From positions 10,257 through 74,256 of IMG/VR virus record IMGVR_UViG_3300032116_000125: a DNA stretch of 64,000 nucleotides; one strand, 5' to 3'. Positions 38,169 through 47,621 of this stretch are shown one piece after another. Under the pieces are notes generated by a model. The model searched no databases. It saw nothing but the letters and a program-made list of their open reading frames with translations, and was not told the DNA's origin. The position numbers and the translations under genes were made by a program. Within the stretch, counting starts at the first letter, position 1; each line of letters opens with the position of its first letter. This DNA comes from a virus.

Positions 38169-38728
38169 CCGATCTAGCGTCATTCACAAAAGACTTCACT
38201 CCTAGAACAGACAAATATGACTTAGGTTATATTGACGGGTTCTACAACGACTTACTTACCCCACTGAAGTCTAAGGCAATAAATCTTCTGGAAATTGGTA
38301 TTCAGTTTGGCCACAGCATCATGCTATGGCACTCTTACTTTCCAAAAGCCAAGATTTATTGCGCTGACATCACCGAATGCCCTGACATCTCCCACCTTAC
38401 TAGAGTCACTCAATACACCGAAGACGCTTATAGCCCGTCGTTACTAGAGAAACTCAGCGGTAAGACCTTTGACATCATCATAGATGACGGTCCCCACACC
38501 CTAGAGAGCATGGAGTACTTTTTAACGTACTACCCGCATTTGCTTAAAAAGACCGGGGTACTTGTTTTAGAGGACATCATTAACACCTCGTGGACCGCAG
38601 AACTTGTCAAACGTGTACCACAGGGGTACACAGCGATGGTGCACCATATGGGTGGGAGCCAAAAGACCCAGCATTTGTATGACTTATGGTGCAACGGCCT
38701 TGACGTCATAACAGTGATAAAAGACTGA
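38165..38728 (+). CDS. Class I SAM-dependent methyltransferase (small-molecule/sugar type)
   Basis: LLEIGI..G.S, W..YFP and FDIIIDDGPH motifs; lower GC than neighbours. Confidence 0.85.
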   Translation: MTDLASFTKDFTPRTDKYDLGYIDGFYNDLLTPLKSKAINLLEIGIQFGHSIMLWHSYFPKAKIYCADITECPDISHLTRVTQYTEDAYSPSLLEKLSGKTFDIIIDDGPHTLESMEYFLTYYPHLLKKTGVLVLEDIINTSWTAELVKRVPQGYTAMVHHMGGSQKTQHLYDLWCNGLDVITVIKD

Positions 38729-38729
38729 T

Positions 38730-38963
38730 ATGGAGCCTGACATTTATGAATGGCTGAGAGAACGCCAAACCATCACCAGCCCCTCGGGCGTTACTTACGA
38801 TGTACGGCGCTTCAAAGAAGCCGCTGACGAGATTGAGCGACTACGAGCCGAACTAGCCGACTGCAACAACGACTTTGACTGTTTAAAGCAGATACACGAC
38901 AAAGTACGAAGCGAACGTGACCAACTGTTAGAAGGGGTTTTGAATAATGTCCATTTATCGTAA
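38730..38963 (+). CDS. Hypothetical coiled-coil protein (EAADEIERLR)
   Basis: Common phage motif. Confidence 0.6.
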   Translation: MEPDIYEWLRERQTITSPSGVTYDVRRFKEAADEIERLRAELADCNNDFDCLKQIHDKVRSERDQLLEGVLNNVHLS

Positions 38964-39135
38964 TGACGCCGCCGAAGCGAACGCCCGCCTTGACCGCCAG
39001 CGTGACTTGTACCGTTACGGAGGTGGTCGGCACATGGATGACATCCGTGGTGAGATCACCGAAATCCGTAAGTCTGTGCAGGAAACCACCGCTTTGCTCA
39101 ACCGCCTAATTGAACTTATTCAGAATAATGGCTAA
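38947..39135 (+). CDS. Hypothetical protein
   Basis: Overlaps both neighbours. Confidence 0.55.
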   Translation: MSIYRNDAAEANARLDRQRDLYRYGGGRHMDDIRGEITEIRKSVQETTALLNRLIELIQNNG

Positions 39136-39493
39136 TAAATCAAAGCAAAAAGGAACATCGTTTGAAACGATGGTCAAGCAGTACCTCAATGACAACGGGT
39201 TTCCCGATGCTGAGCGCACTCCGCTGAAGGCTGGAGATGACACCGGTGACATCAACGGCATCAAGAACCGTAACACCGGGCGTAATGCCATCATCCAGTG
39301 TAAGAATCAGAAGTCATTCCAGTTAAGCCAATGGCTGGACGACACGGTCAAGCAGGCTCAGAACAAGGGTGACGCTGTTCCTGCTCTAGTTGTTAAACGC
39401 CCAAATAAAGGCGTTAATTCACTAGGTGATACTTACGCTGTTTTACGTCTTTGCGACCTCGTAGACCTATTGAAAGAGGCCGGTTACTTCTAA
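39128..39493 (+). CDS. Holliday junction resolvase (Hjc-type)
   Basis: SKQKGTSFE...GDI...IQCKN. Confidence 0.8.
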   Translation: MANKSKQKGTSFETMVKQYLNDNGFPDAERTPLKAGDDTGDINGIKNRNTGRNAIIQCKNQKSFQLSQWLDDTVKQAQNKGDAVPALVVKRPNKGVNSLGDTYAVLRLCDLVDLLKEAGYF

Positions 39494-39534
39494 TATCTAT
39501 GGGGTACACAACCCCTTAGATACTGGAGTACAGA

Positions 39535-39825
39535 ATGTCGCAAGAATTGAACGCCTCCGTTGATGACATCATCAAGGTGTCCGGAAGTAGTAACCCGCAG
39601 AGCGTGGGTTCCATCATGGCCCGAGCCGTTATCGCCGGGCAGGCACCCCGCATGCGTGCTATCGGTGCATCAGCCGTAAACCAAGCCGCCAAAGCCTGCG
39701 CTATTGCCCGTGGCTTTGTCGCCCCCCGGGGTATTGACCTCACCTTTGTGATAGGCTTTGATGATATTGAAGGTGAAAAAGGGACTACAATAAGTGCTAT
39801 GTCCTTTAAACCCGTTGTGAGGTAA
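39535..39825 (+). CDS. spoVS: Stage V sporulation protein S (Alba-like)
   Basis: KVS.SSNP.SV..I..AIGASAVNQA.KA.AIARGFVAP.G.DL. Confidence 0.9.
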   Translation: MSQELNASVDDIIKVSGSSNPQSVGSIMARAVIAGQAPRMRAIGASAVNQAAKACAIARGFVAPRGIDLTFVIGFDDIEGEKGTTISAMSFKPVVR

Positions 39826-39827
39826 TT

Positions 39828-40964
39828 ATGCCCCGTAAGAAGCCCGGTGAAGCGCCTAAGAAGCGTGGTCGTCCTCGCAAAGATCAGGCTCCTACTCGTG
39901 GGCGCCCTCGCAAAGCGGATGACACCACGATTGTTGGTACCCCGATAACAACTTCTTCGGCCCCGGCCACTGGGTCTCGTGCGTATCAGGTTGCCATGAG
40001 CAAGATCGGCCGTGCTGAGAGTTTTTGGGGCGTTGGTACGGGGCGCCCTGACCGCACTATGTGGGCAGACGCTACTGGACCCGCTGAGACGGACCAAGAG
40101 TTCCGTGAGCGCCTTGCGGGTGGGCGTTCAAACCCTGAGCCCACGACTGTGACCACAGAGAGGGCGCTTGGCGAAGTGGGCAAGCGTGGTGAAGAGCGTA
40201 TTGACCCTGTCCGAGATCGCCCCCTGCCTTCGCTGGTCGGCCCCGGTGTCCCCTCACTGCGAGGCACTCACCGAGCGGTGCCCCTCGGTGATCGTGATGT
40301 AAGCATCTCAACCGATACCTCAGTTGATGACAGTGGCAGGGTTGCTCCTCCTACCCTTGTTACTTTTCCCGGCCCCGTCAGCGTTTCAGGCGTTATCCCT
40401 GCTCACATGGGTGGTAGCCAATTCCGTCCACTGGCTAGCCAAGCAACTGGCCCACGCCAAACACAGGGGCCCCGACTCTTCCGTAGTAGCCGAGTACAGC
40501 CTGATCAGGCCCGTGAGGAAGACGCTGATGTGTACGAGCGCTTGGTGCACCTCCACGAATCCATTAGGGGCATGATGGAGGACTCCGGTGCCCCGGCGTA
40601 CAGGGCACCCTCTGGCCCATCGGGGCGTGCGGTTACCCCAGACATGAAACAGCGTGCAGAATCTCACGCCTCCGATATCCGTGCCCGTACGGGGGACGAC
40701 ACGATGAAGACTTGGATTGACGAAGACATCAAGAAGAAGTGGGAAGAAGACAACGCTAAGCCTGAGGTTACAACTAGCGCCTCACCAACGGTGACCCCGG
40801 TTGGCGGTGATCGTATTACTTCCGAAAACGAAAAAACTAACATGAAGACCGCTCCCGATGCAGAGGCACAGGCCCGTGGAGCAGAGCGCCGAGCCGCCCG
40901 GCAAGCCGCCGAAGCCGACATGGCGGCGATGGACAGAGAAAACAGGAACAAAAAGAAGAAGTAA
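39828..40964 (+). CDS. Disordered protein with N-terminal AT-hook-like motifs
   Basis: KKRGRPRK and RGRPRK; P/R/T-rich. Confidence 0.7.
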   Translation: MPRKKPGEAPKKRGRPRKDQAPTRGRPRKADDTTIVGTPITTSSAPATGSRAYQVAMSKIGRAESFWGVGTGRPDRTMWADATGPAETDQEFRERLAGGRSNPEPTTVTTERALGEVGKRGEERIDPVRDRPLPSLVGPGVPSLRGTHRAVPLGDRDVSISTDTSVDDSGRVAPPTLVTFPGPVSVSGVIPAHMGGSQFRPLASQATGPRQTQGPRLFRSSRVQPDQAREEDADVYERLVHLHESIRGMMEDSGAPAYRAPSGPSGRAVTPDMKQRAESHASDIRARTGDDTMKTWIDEDIKKKWEEDNAKPEVTTSASPTVTPVGGDRITSENEKTNMKTAPDAEAQARGAERRAARQAAEADMAAMDRENRNKKKK

Positions 40965-40966
40965 AG

Positions 40967-41125
40967 ATGTACGGACCGCTAGACCCCCTGTCATGGGACG
41001 AGATGCTTGACGATCTCGGTTACTCTGATGACGACAACGATGACGATTACTACGGCAGTAAAAAGGGTAGTAAGGGTAAGAAGAAAACCAAATTTCGAGA
41101 TTACGAATGGGACGAGTACGACTGA
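40967..41125 (+). CDS. 52-aa acidic/basic hypothetical protein; not in ORF track
   Basis: MYGPLDPLSWDEML...; TGATG coupling to the next ORF. Confidence 0.5.
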   Translation: MYGPLDPLSWDEMLDDLGYSDDDNDDDYYGSKKGSKGKKKTKFRDYEWDEYD

Positions 41126-41265
41126 TGGCGAAATACGCATACCGACCTGACCCCCGAAATGAGTTCTTGAAGCGTGGCGTCCGTAAGCCCCGCCCCATCG
41201 CACCGCTTGGTGGGGGCTCTCAGGGAGGAATGCTCTCCGGTACTGGTACCGGCATGGATCGGTAA
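41125..41265 (+). CDS. 46-aa basic hypothetical protein; not in ORF track
   Basis: MAKYAYRPDPRNEF...; coupled on both sides. Confidence 0.55.
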   Translation: MAKYAYRPDPRNEFLKRGVRKPRPIAPLGGGSQGGMLSGTGTGMDR

Positions 41266-41756
41266 TGACTAACGCATTCACCACCGGCCCTAGTCCTGAC
41301 GGTAACCGTAACTCAGGAAGCACTCTTCCTTTACTTGGTCCTACCCCGGTATTCCGCAACGCCAAGGATCAGCGGCTCTCCGCCTTCGGCTCCACACCGG
41401 ACACCCAGTACCCCGATGGTTACCTTGGGACAATGTCCAGTAACCGCCGTCAGGATAAGTTGACGAACGCTGTCGCCCGGGCTAACCAAAGGTCTTATTC
41501 TAGAGGTGTTCATAAGGGCGAGCGGATTAATGCAGGCGATTACATTTGGCCTAAAGAATTCAACCTCTTAACCGGACTGGTATTGGAATCCAAGGGTCAA
41601 AAGTTCGCCCCAACAGGCGCTGAACCTGCCATGTTGACCAACGATGGAAAGGTTGGACCCCGTGGTATTCCTCGGGGATTGGAGCGCCCTAACCCTGAAG
41701 TTATAGATATGCAACGCCGAAGCATGCTAAAATCCTTAGCACCAGCATGGCGTTAA
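41265..41756 (+). CDS. Hypothetical protein (YPDGYLGT..SYSRGVHKGERI)
   Basis: TAATG coupling; 163 aa. Confidence 0.7.
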   Translation: MTNAFTTGPSPDGNRNSGSTLPLLGPTPVFRNAKDQRLSAFGSTPDTQYPDGYLGTMSSNRRQDKLTNAVARANQRSYSRGVHKGERINAGDYIWPKEFNLLTGLVLESKGQKFAPTGAEPAMLTNDGKVGPRGIPRGLERPNPEVIDMQRRSMLKSLAPAWR

Positions 41757-41770
41757 TATAAGGAGAAATC

Positions 41771-42067
41771 ATGGCAAAGATTATGCCCGCTATCCATTCT
41801 CGTGGATCTCATGGCGGTTCCGGTCAGTACGAGACCGGTGCTAACCCGGCCCCGACCCGCTCCCGAGCGACTCGTGACGCCGACCAGTACCGTCGCATGC
41901 GTGAGGTCCCGAACGCCGAGAGGCACCGTGATGAGTTGAACGAGGCCGGAGTTACCGGCGATAAGACCATGAAGCGGATGCAGAAGTGCGGTTCGTGTGG
42001 CACGATCAACGATGCCAGCAGTGAGTCGTGCAAGGCTTGTGCGAGCGACCCCCGGGCCGGTTACTGA
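41771..42067 (+). CDS. Hypothetical protein with C-terminal Zn ribbon
   Basis: AAGGAG RBS; CGSCG..CKAC. Confidence 0.65.
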   Translation: MAKIMPAIHSRGSHGGSGQYETGANPAPTRSRATRDADQYRRMREVPNAERHRDELNEAGVTGDKTMKRMQKCGSCGTINDASSESCKACASDPRAGY

Positions 42068-42076
42068 GAACTAATC

Positions 42077-42244
42077 ATGCCGTGGTCTCCGAAAGACGCA
42101 CCGAAGAAGACCAAGAAGGCTGACACTCCCAAAGAGAAAGAGGAGTGGGCCAAGGTAGCCAACTCAGTCTTGAAGAAGACGGGGAGCGACGCCACCGCGG
42201 TGCGTATCGCTAACTCTACGATTGCCAAGAGAGGTAAGAAGTAA
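42077..42244 (+). CDS. 55-aa basic protein, ChaB-like pattern (MPW...W..VAN.VL...A.RIAN); not in ORF track
   Basis: Translated by hand; TAATG coupling. Confidence 0.55.
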   Translation: MPWSPKDAPKKTKKADTPKEKEEWAKVANSVLKKTGSDATAVRIANSTIAKRGKK

Positions 42245-42603
42245 TGGAAGTAATTAAAGACCCCAAACCCCTCGCTGGTGGCGGTGGCGCCGGTCAGCCC
42301 CCGAAGCGCCCCCGCACGGTTAATGACGCAGACCTCCCCAATGACCCCATGGACTATGTCACCCGCATCGGGCGAAACGACCACTTTGCGGCTGGAATGG
42401 ACCACGGCCGTGGTGGTGGCCCCGGCCCTTATTACGACTTTGACTACGGCGCCCCTCAGAAAGGCACCAAGGCTTTGCAGGCCCAGTTCGGTCAGGCTTT
42501 TGACCCTAAGCGTGCTTTCAAGCCGATGCCACAAGTTCCAGATTACTCGGGTCACGACTATAAGGAAGGGCCTCGTAAGCCCCCTACTAAGAAGAAGGTC
42601 TGA
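42244..42603 (+). CDS. Disordered hypothetical protein
   Basis: G/P/K-rich; coupled. Confidence 0.6.
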   Translation: MEVIKDPKPLAGGGGAGQPPKRPRTVNDADLPNDPMDYVTRIGRNDHFAAGMDHGRGGGPGPYYDFDYGAPQKGTKALQAQFGQAFDPKRAFKPMPQVPDYSGHDYKEGPRKPPTKKKV

Positions 42604-42604
42604 C

Positions 42605-42910
42605 ATGGACAGTCAAGCAAAACACCCCGGACGCAAAACAGGACGAGACGACCACACCGGTCGCATCGCTGGATACCAGTCATACTCCACTGGCGACGCT
42701 GGCTCAGCGTACGACAGCACCTTTGATGTTATGAATCCTCCGAATGCCCCTGAACGTGGTCCCGCTGGCCCCCTCGGCCGTGTGGTCAACAAGGGCTTGA
42801 ACGCTCTCGGCGTGCCCGAATCGGAAGGCCGTGTTGGTAAGGTTTCTCGTGCAGACAAGAAAACTTACAAGCAGAATCTAAAGACGTACAAGAAAAATCA
42901 AGGGAAGTAA
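42605..42910 (+). CDS. Hypothetical protein with MDSQAKHPGRKT N-terminus
   Basis: Start reassigned to ATG 42605; shares its N-terminus with the next gene. Confidence 0.65.
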   Translation: MDSQAKHPGRKTGRDDHTGRIAGYQSYSTGDAGSAYDSTFDVMNPPNAPERGPAGPLGRVVNKGLNALGVPESEGRVGKVSRADKKTYKQNLKTYKKNQGK

Positions 42911-42915
42911 TCACC

Positions 42916-43191
42916 ATGGACAGCCAAGCAAGACATCCCGAACGTAAGACAGATCGTGCATCCCACACCGGGCGGGTAACTAAACTCACTGGCAAGGTGG
43001 TTGGCCATACCCCGGGCCACGTTTGGATGAGCGCTGAGTCTACTGGCGGTGGGCAGACTGACAGCCACATGATTCCCCACTCGGAAGGTGGGCGTTTCCC
43101 AGTTGGTCAGACTGTGCGTGCTACTAACACGAAAAATGTTAATGGCACCGATAACTGGGCCCTTCAGTTGGGCGAAGGTTACGACGAGTAA
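42916..43191 (+). CDS. Hypothetical protein with MDSQARHPERKT N-terminus
   Basis: Shares its N-terminus with the previous gene. Confidence 0.65.
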   Translation: MDSQARHPERKTDRASHTGRVTKLTGKVVGHTPGHVWMSAESTGGGQTDSHMIPHSEGGRFPVGQTVRATNTKNVNGTDNWALQLGEGYDE

Positions 43192-43194
43192 AAC

Positions 43195-43488
43195 GTGGGC
43201 AAACCGTGGCAGACTCACGAGGAGTACCTCACCGATCAGGCCCTAGAGGCCGCTCTGAGTCTTACCCCGGATGAGATTCGGGAACTGCGCCCCCAGCACC
43301 CGCTGGAGTTGCTCCCTCAAAACCGTGGCTTTGTTAAACAGACCATCACCGTAATGGATGTACTCACGGTCAACCGCTACGCCGCCACTAACCGCTCGTG
43401 GTTGTCTGGTATGCCCGTTCGCCGTACCCAACTGGCAGACGGCGACTGGACCGGCACGGGCCGCTACTCAATGGACGCACTCGGATGA
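43195..43488 (+). CDS. Hypothetical protein
   Basis: Operon packing. Confidence 0.6.
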   Translation: MGKPWQTHEEYLTDQALEAALSLTPDEIRELRPQHPLELLPQNRGFVKQTITVMDVLTVNRYAATNRSWLSGMPVRRTQLADGDWTGTGRYSMDALG

Positions 43489-44249
43489 GCAAAGAGTTTG
43501 AACGCCAACTAAAACAGGCCATGAAGAGTATGGGCAGTGGGTCTATTCCGACCACGGACTACTCCATGGGGGAGACCTTCTCAACGTCTGAAATAAAGTA
43601 CCCAAAGGCTCGTGAGTATCCCGGATTCACCCCGCCAGATTCTGGCATCACTCGTGACTTCTCAGGGCGTAAGTACGAGCCTTTTGCGATGACTGCTTCT
43701 AAGTCATGGTCAGACATTCGCCTCCAACGCACCCGTATGGGTGGCGATGCGGAAGATGCGGAAGATGGGGGAGATGGGGAAGACGAGAACCAAAATCCTG
43801 CCCCTGCCCCCTCCTCGCCCCTCCCGACAAGTGGGAGTGGGAGCCAAACCACTGGTGGTGGGCGTGGGCGCAGGAAAAGCACCCGACCCACCTATGTAGC
43901 CACTGGTCGTGGGCGCAAAACACCCGCCCAGTCAGGACCACCTACTTATGTCGCCACCGGTCGTGGGAAACTGAAGCCGGTAAAAACCCCCAAAGAGGGG
44001 TCTCTCTCTCGTGATCCTGACTCCGGTGAAGTCATGTGGGACCCGAATAAGGACTTCACTGCTGGAGACGCCCGTGTCCTTATTTCTGAGGGTGCCCGTG
44101 AGGGCGTCCGGGCCGTTGGGCGAGGACTCCGCAGTGGGGCCTCAAAGGTTGCGAGAAGCGTAAAAGGACGAGTTGGCAAAGGGGCCGGGCAGTCATCCCA
44201 AATGGACGACGTCACCGGATTCACCGACCCGTTTGACCCTTTCGCATGA
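43485..44249 (+). CDS. Disordered protein with duplicated PTYVATGRG
   Basis: ATGA overlap start. Confidence 0.6.
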   Translation: MSKEFERQLKQAMKSMGSGSIPTTDYSMGETFSTSEIKYPKAREYPGFTPPDSGITRDFSGRKYEPFAMTASKSWSDIRLQRTRMGGDAEDAEDGGDGEDENQNPAPAPSSPLPTSGSGSQTTGGGRGRRKSTRPTYVATGRGRKTPAQSGPPTYVATGRGKLKPVKTPKEGSLSRDPDSGEVMWDPNKDFTAGDARVLISEGAREGVRAVGRGLRSGASKVARSVKGRVGKGAGQSSQMDDVTGFTDPFDPFA

Positions 44250-44293
44250 CCACAGCCGTGTTTGTGGTAACCTCTAACTGATAAGGAGTAACT

Positions 44294-44491
44294 ATGGCAA
44301 CTAACAATTCTCGCTCCATGAACCTTGACCTGCAAAAGGGTCTCAATGACGGTGTCTTCAAGAGCCTTGCACCCGACCGTGGTGGGGAGGTGGAGATGCA
44401 GGCCATCCATGAACGGGCCTCGCTTCTCCAGCCCCAGTACGACATGAACGACCTCAAGATGGGTGTCGTTCAGTCTTCGCCTTACAACTGA
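44294..44491 (+). CDS. Hypothetical protein
   Basis: AAGGAG RBS. Confidence 0.65.
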   Translation: MATNNSRSMNLDLQKGLNDGVFKSLAPDRGGEVEMQAIHERASLLQPQYDMNDLKMGVVQSSPYN

Positions 44492-44524
44492 TTTAACTAA
44501 CCCGTAATCCATAAGGAGCACAAA

Positions 44525-44983
44525 ATGCCTCGTCTATTGACCTGCCAGTCGTGTGGCACCATGTACCGCATGCGGGACTATGACGGCCCCGCCGAGTACG
44601 ACATGGAGTTGATTGAGATCATCAACCGCCATCTCGGGCAGGCTGTTAACCCCGACCCGGATGCCCACAAGTCCGTGATCTTCCGTTGTGACGATGCGAC
44701 ATGGGAAAAACTCGGTGACGAGACGGCGGTCAAGAAAGAGTTGATGAAGAACGAGATTGAGGTGCGTGAAGTCCGTGACGACCTCAAGGTGGAGGCGCTC
44801 AAGTGCTTCCAGCGCCATAACCGCCCCGCCGACATGTGCATTGATTACGAGGACGACAGTAAGACCATTGGTCGCAAGATCGGCGTTCCTAAGGCTAACC
44901 GCCAGTACCTGTGCCACTACTGCCCCTGCACTTCGTATGTCGTGCATCAAAACCGTAAGGCTAAGGGGATGTATGACTCGTGA
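44525..44983 (+). CDS. Cys/His-rich metal-binding hypothetical protein
   Basis: CQSC, CF..HNRP..C and LCHYCP motifs; AAGGAG RBS. Confidence 0.7.
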   Translation: MPRLLTCQSCGTMYRMRDYDGPAEYDMELIEIINRHLGQAVNPDPDAHKSVIFRCDDATWEKLGDETAVKKELMKNEIEVREVRDDLKVEALKCFQRHNRPADMCIDYEDDSKTIGRKIGVPKANRQYLCHYCPCTSYVVHQNRKAKGMYDS

Positions 44984-45462
44984 TTGTATTCAACTTTGAT
45001 GCCATAGCCCTCCCCTCTGACACCCTCGGTACCCGACAGCCGAGCACCGAGGGTCGTCGCCTGTGGGACACCTTGTTTCAGAAGTACATGGGGCGCACCC
45101 TCGTGGTGGTGGATTCCCAGTACAAATTGGAACTCGTTAAAGAGTGGCTGAAGCGTGAGAACTTCAAGGTTTCTGCTATTCATCAGACTCCGGCTATGGT
45201 CCGTGACGGGAACACCCCGGCATCGGAGGCGGTGTGGCACATCGCTTCGGCGGTCTCCCGCCCCCACTTCTACATTGATGTGGACCCCGAGACCTGTCGC
45301 ATAGTCAATGGTCAGGGCATCCCGACGCTCCTACTGACCGTCCCGAAGTACCTGCGCCCCGAGTGGAACCAGCCTCAGGCGAAGCGGTCGTGGGACGTTG
45401 TTGTAGACGAGATTGAGGCCCGGGCGATGCAGAAGTCCGAAGCCACATGGGGTGATCTATGA
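44980..45462 (+). CDS. Degenerate HAD-like protein
   Basis: N-terminal FNFD; WLKRE; FYIDVDP. Confidence 0.5.
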   Translation: MIVFNFDAIALPSDTLGTRQPSTEGRRLWDTLFQKYMGRTLVVVDSQYKLELVKEWLKRENFKVSAIHQTPAMVRDGNTPASEAVWHIASAVSRPHFYIDVDPETCRIVNGQGIPTLLLTVPKYLRPEWNQPQAKRSWDVVVDEIEARAMQKSEATWGDL

Positions 45463-46877
45463 GGGTCTTCTTCGGCGGGGCTGAGAAAGGCACCCAGCGG
45501 CGCATCCTAGAGAGGGCCGGGGTAACCCGCTTTGGGGTAAACCTGACCCACTTTCCTATCCCTAAGACCAAAGAGTTAGTCCTGTCTGAGGTCGTCACCG
45601 GCGAGGTCATCCTGTACACCAGCGAGGGCGACGAGGACAACCATCGCTTTGACGAGTTCGTTCGTCAGCACGAGCACAGCATCACCGCCATCATTGGTCG
45701 CCCCGAATACGATGGGGCGTGGCTGGGGGAGAAGTACATCCCGGTGTGGTCCGATGGGGAGGACCTTGAGCGTCTAGCCATCATTTGTCAGCGTCACGGA
45801 CGAGTTGCTATTTCGGACAAGGCGGTCAACGGCAAGACGATTCCCCGCATCCGCTCGCTGGCCCAGCGGTGGAACGCTGACCTGTACGGTCTTACCAGTA
45901 AGCCTGATGTCATTGAGGCCCTGCCATGGCACACCGTGATCGTTGGATCGTGGACCAGCGCTCTCCGCTACGGGGAGACGCAAGTGTGGGACGGGCACGG
46001 GCTCCGGAGATACCCCGCCCAGCAGAAAGAGTCGTCCCGTAAGAAGCATCGGGCTGACATCATGCGCCTCGGACTGAACCCCGATCTCGTTCTCGCAGAC
46101 GACACTACCGAGGTGGGGATGCTCGCTATCCGGTCGTGGCAGGCGTGGGAATCTCGGGTCTATGACCCCCCGAAGAGCAGTGCCAAGGAGGCCCCAATGA
46201 CTAACTCTGAAGGCGAAATAATTACTATGACCCCCGCACCCTATGGTGGAGAAGTTGGGGTTCCGGGGGTATCAAGTATTGCTATGACCCCCCCTGAGAA
46301 GCGGCACGAGAATGAGCGTTTATTGCTACCAGTTATTGGGGTGGAAAGCATCACCGCCGTGGGTACACGAACTGGGTCTGAGCAGGACGAACAGTACGAA
46401 ATTGACCCCGAAGAGATACCCGTAATTCGCCATACAAACGCACTTCTACGTCAGTGTGATAATTGCTATTTGGCTTCTAAATGTCCCGCATACAAAGAAC
46501 GCTCAGAATGCGGGTTCAATCTGCCGGTGGAAATCCGCACCAAGGACCAACTTCAGGCCACACTCCGGGCGCTGTTGGAGATGCAAGTGAGCCGAGTCTT
46601 GTTCGCACGCTTTGCAGAAGAGATGGAGGGTCAGGGGCTGGATTCCACTCTTAGTACTGAGATTGACCGTATGTTTAATCTCGTTAACAAGTTTAAAGAC
46701 ATCTCTGATACCCGAGACGTAATCCGCATGGAGGTGGAGGCTCGCGGATCGGCGGGTGTGCTGTCTCGGCTATTCGGACAGAAAGCGGGGGAGACCGCTC
46801 GGGAATTGTCGTCGCCCCTACCCCCTCAGGTCATGGACAACATGGCCATGGACATCATCAATTACGAAGAGGATTGA
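45459..46877 (+). CDS. Conserved hypothetical protein: alpha/beta N-domain plus Cys cluster and helical C-domain
   Basis: 472 aa; RQCDNCYLASKCP..C. Confidence 0.7.
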   Translation: MRVFFGGAEKGTQRRILERAGVTRFGVNLTHFPIPKTKELVLSEVVTGEVILYTSEGDEDNHRFDEFVRQHEHSITAIIGRPEYDGAWLGEKYIPVWSDGEDLERLAIICQRHGRVAISDKAVNGKTIPRIRSLAQRWNADLYGLTSKPDVIEALPWHTVIVGSWTSALRYGETQVWDGHGLRRYPAQQKESSRKKHRADIMRLGLNPDLVLADDTTEVGMLAIRSWQAWESRVYDPPKSSAKEAPMTNSEGEIITMTPAPYGGEVGVPGVSSIAMTPPEKRHENERLLLPVIGVESITAVGTRTGSEQDEQYEIDPEEIPVIRHTNALLRQCDNCYLASKCPAYKERSECGFNLPVEIRTKDQLQATLRALLEMQVSRVLFARFAEEMEGQGLDSTLSTEIDRMFNLVNKFKDISDTRDVIRMEVEARGSAGVLSRLFGQKAGETARELSSPLPPQVMDNMAMDIINYEED

Positions 46878-46910
46878 CCCGCCAAGCAATTGTTGGTAAG
46901 GTCGCACGCC

Positions 46911-47129
46911 ATGATGACACTAGACGCCTACAGAAAAGCCTTTGATTACCCCTCTGCCTTTGAGGACTGGTGGGGTGACGTTGCCCACCACATCGCTGAT
47001 GTGGTCGGTGACGAACAGACCCGCTGGATGTACAGCGTCCTGAAGCACCACTGGCAGGAGTCCCCCACGGCGTGGGACATCGTGGACGACCGCTGGAACG
47101 ACGAACGCCGTATGGCGGGTGAGCGCTGA
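46911..47129 (+). CDS. Hypothetical protein
   Basis: Abuts whiB. Confidence 0.5.
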   Translation: MMTLDAYRKAFDYPSAFEDWWGDVAHHIADVVGDEQTRWMYSVLKHHWQESPTAWDIVDDRWNDERRMAGER

Positions 47130-47534
47130 ATGGACCTAGCGGAGTGGACCGAGGACGCACTGTGTCGTGGCCTAGCGCCTGACCCTTGGTACCCTCCGCT
47201 GGAGTCGCCCACTCCGAACGACTATTACGCCGTCGCCCGGGCTGTGTGTAACCGTTGCCCAGCATGGCGCTCGTGCTTAGACTATAGTTATCGTAACAAA
47301 GATGACGAAAAATACGGCATGTGGGGTGGGCTGACTCCACAAGAAAGGAATGGGAAAAAGACGGCTCTGCGACCGCATGGCACGATCACCCGCTATCGTC
47401 AAGGGTGCGCCTGCGCTAAGTGCTCGGGAGCCAACAGCGCCAAACATTCAAATCTTGATCTCTCGGTCTACCCAAGGACTGGTCAGCCCGTCAACATTGA
47501 CGAACTGAAGTACCAAATCCTTCCCAACAGGTAG
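47130..47534 (+). CDS. whiB: WhiB-family transcription factor with extra HGT..RY..GC.C..C finger
   Basis: C..C.xx.C..C; YGMWGGLT..ER. Confidence 0.9.
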   Translation: MDLAEWTEDALCRGLAPDPWYPPLESPTPNDYYAVARAVCNRCPAWRSCLDYSYRNKDDEKYGMWGGLTPQERNGKKTALRPHGTITRYRQGCACAKCSGANSAKHSNLDLSVYPRTGQPVNIDELKYQILPNR

Positions 47535-47621
47535 CCGAGGAAGGGCGGGGAACCACCCCGCTTCCGTGAGAGCACACGACTATCCCTTCCGGTGTGCTCC
47601 CCAACTAAGGAGGGTAAAACC

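Noticed and set aside
45063-45070. Isolated TGGGACA/TGTCCCA half-sites in coding regions (also near 50672, 58201 and 61013)
   Set aside because: No partner arm at the 3-nt spacing; consistent with chance.
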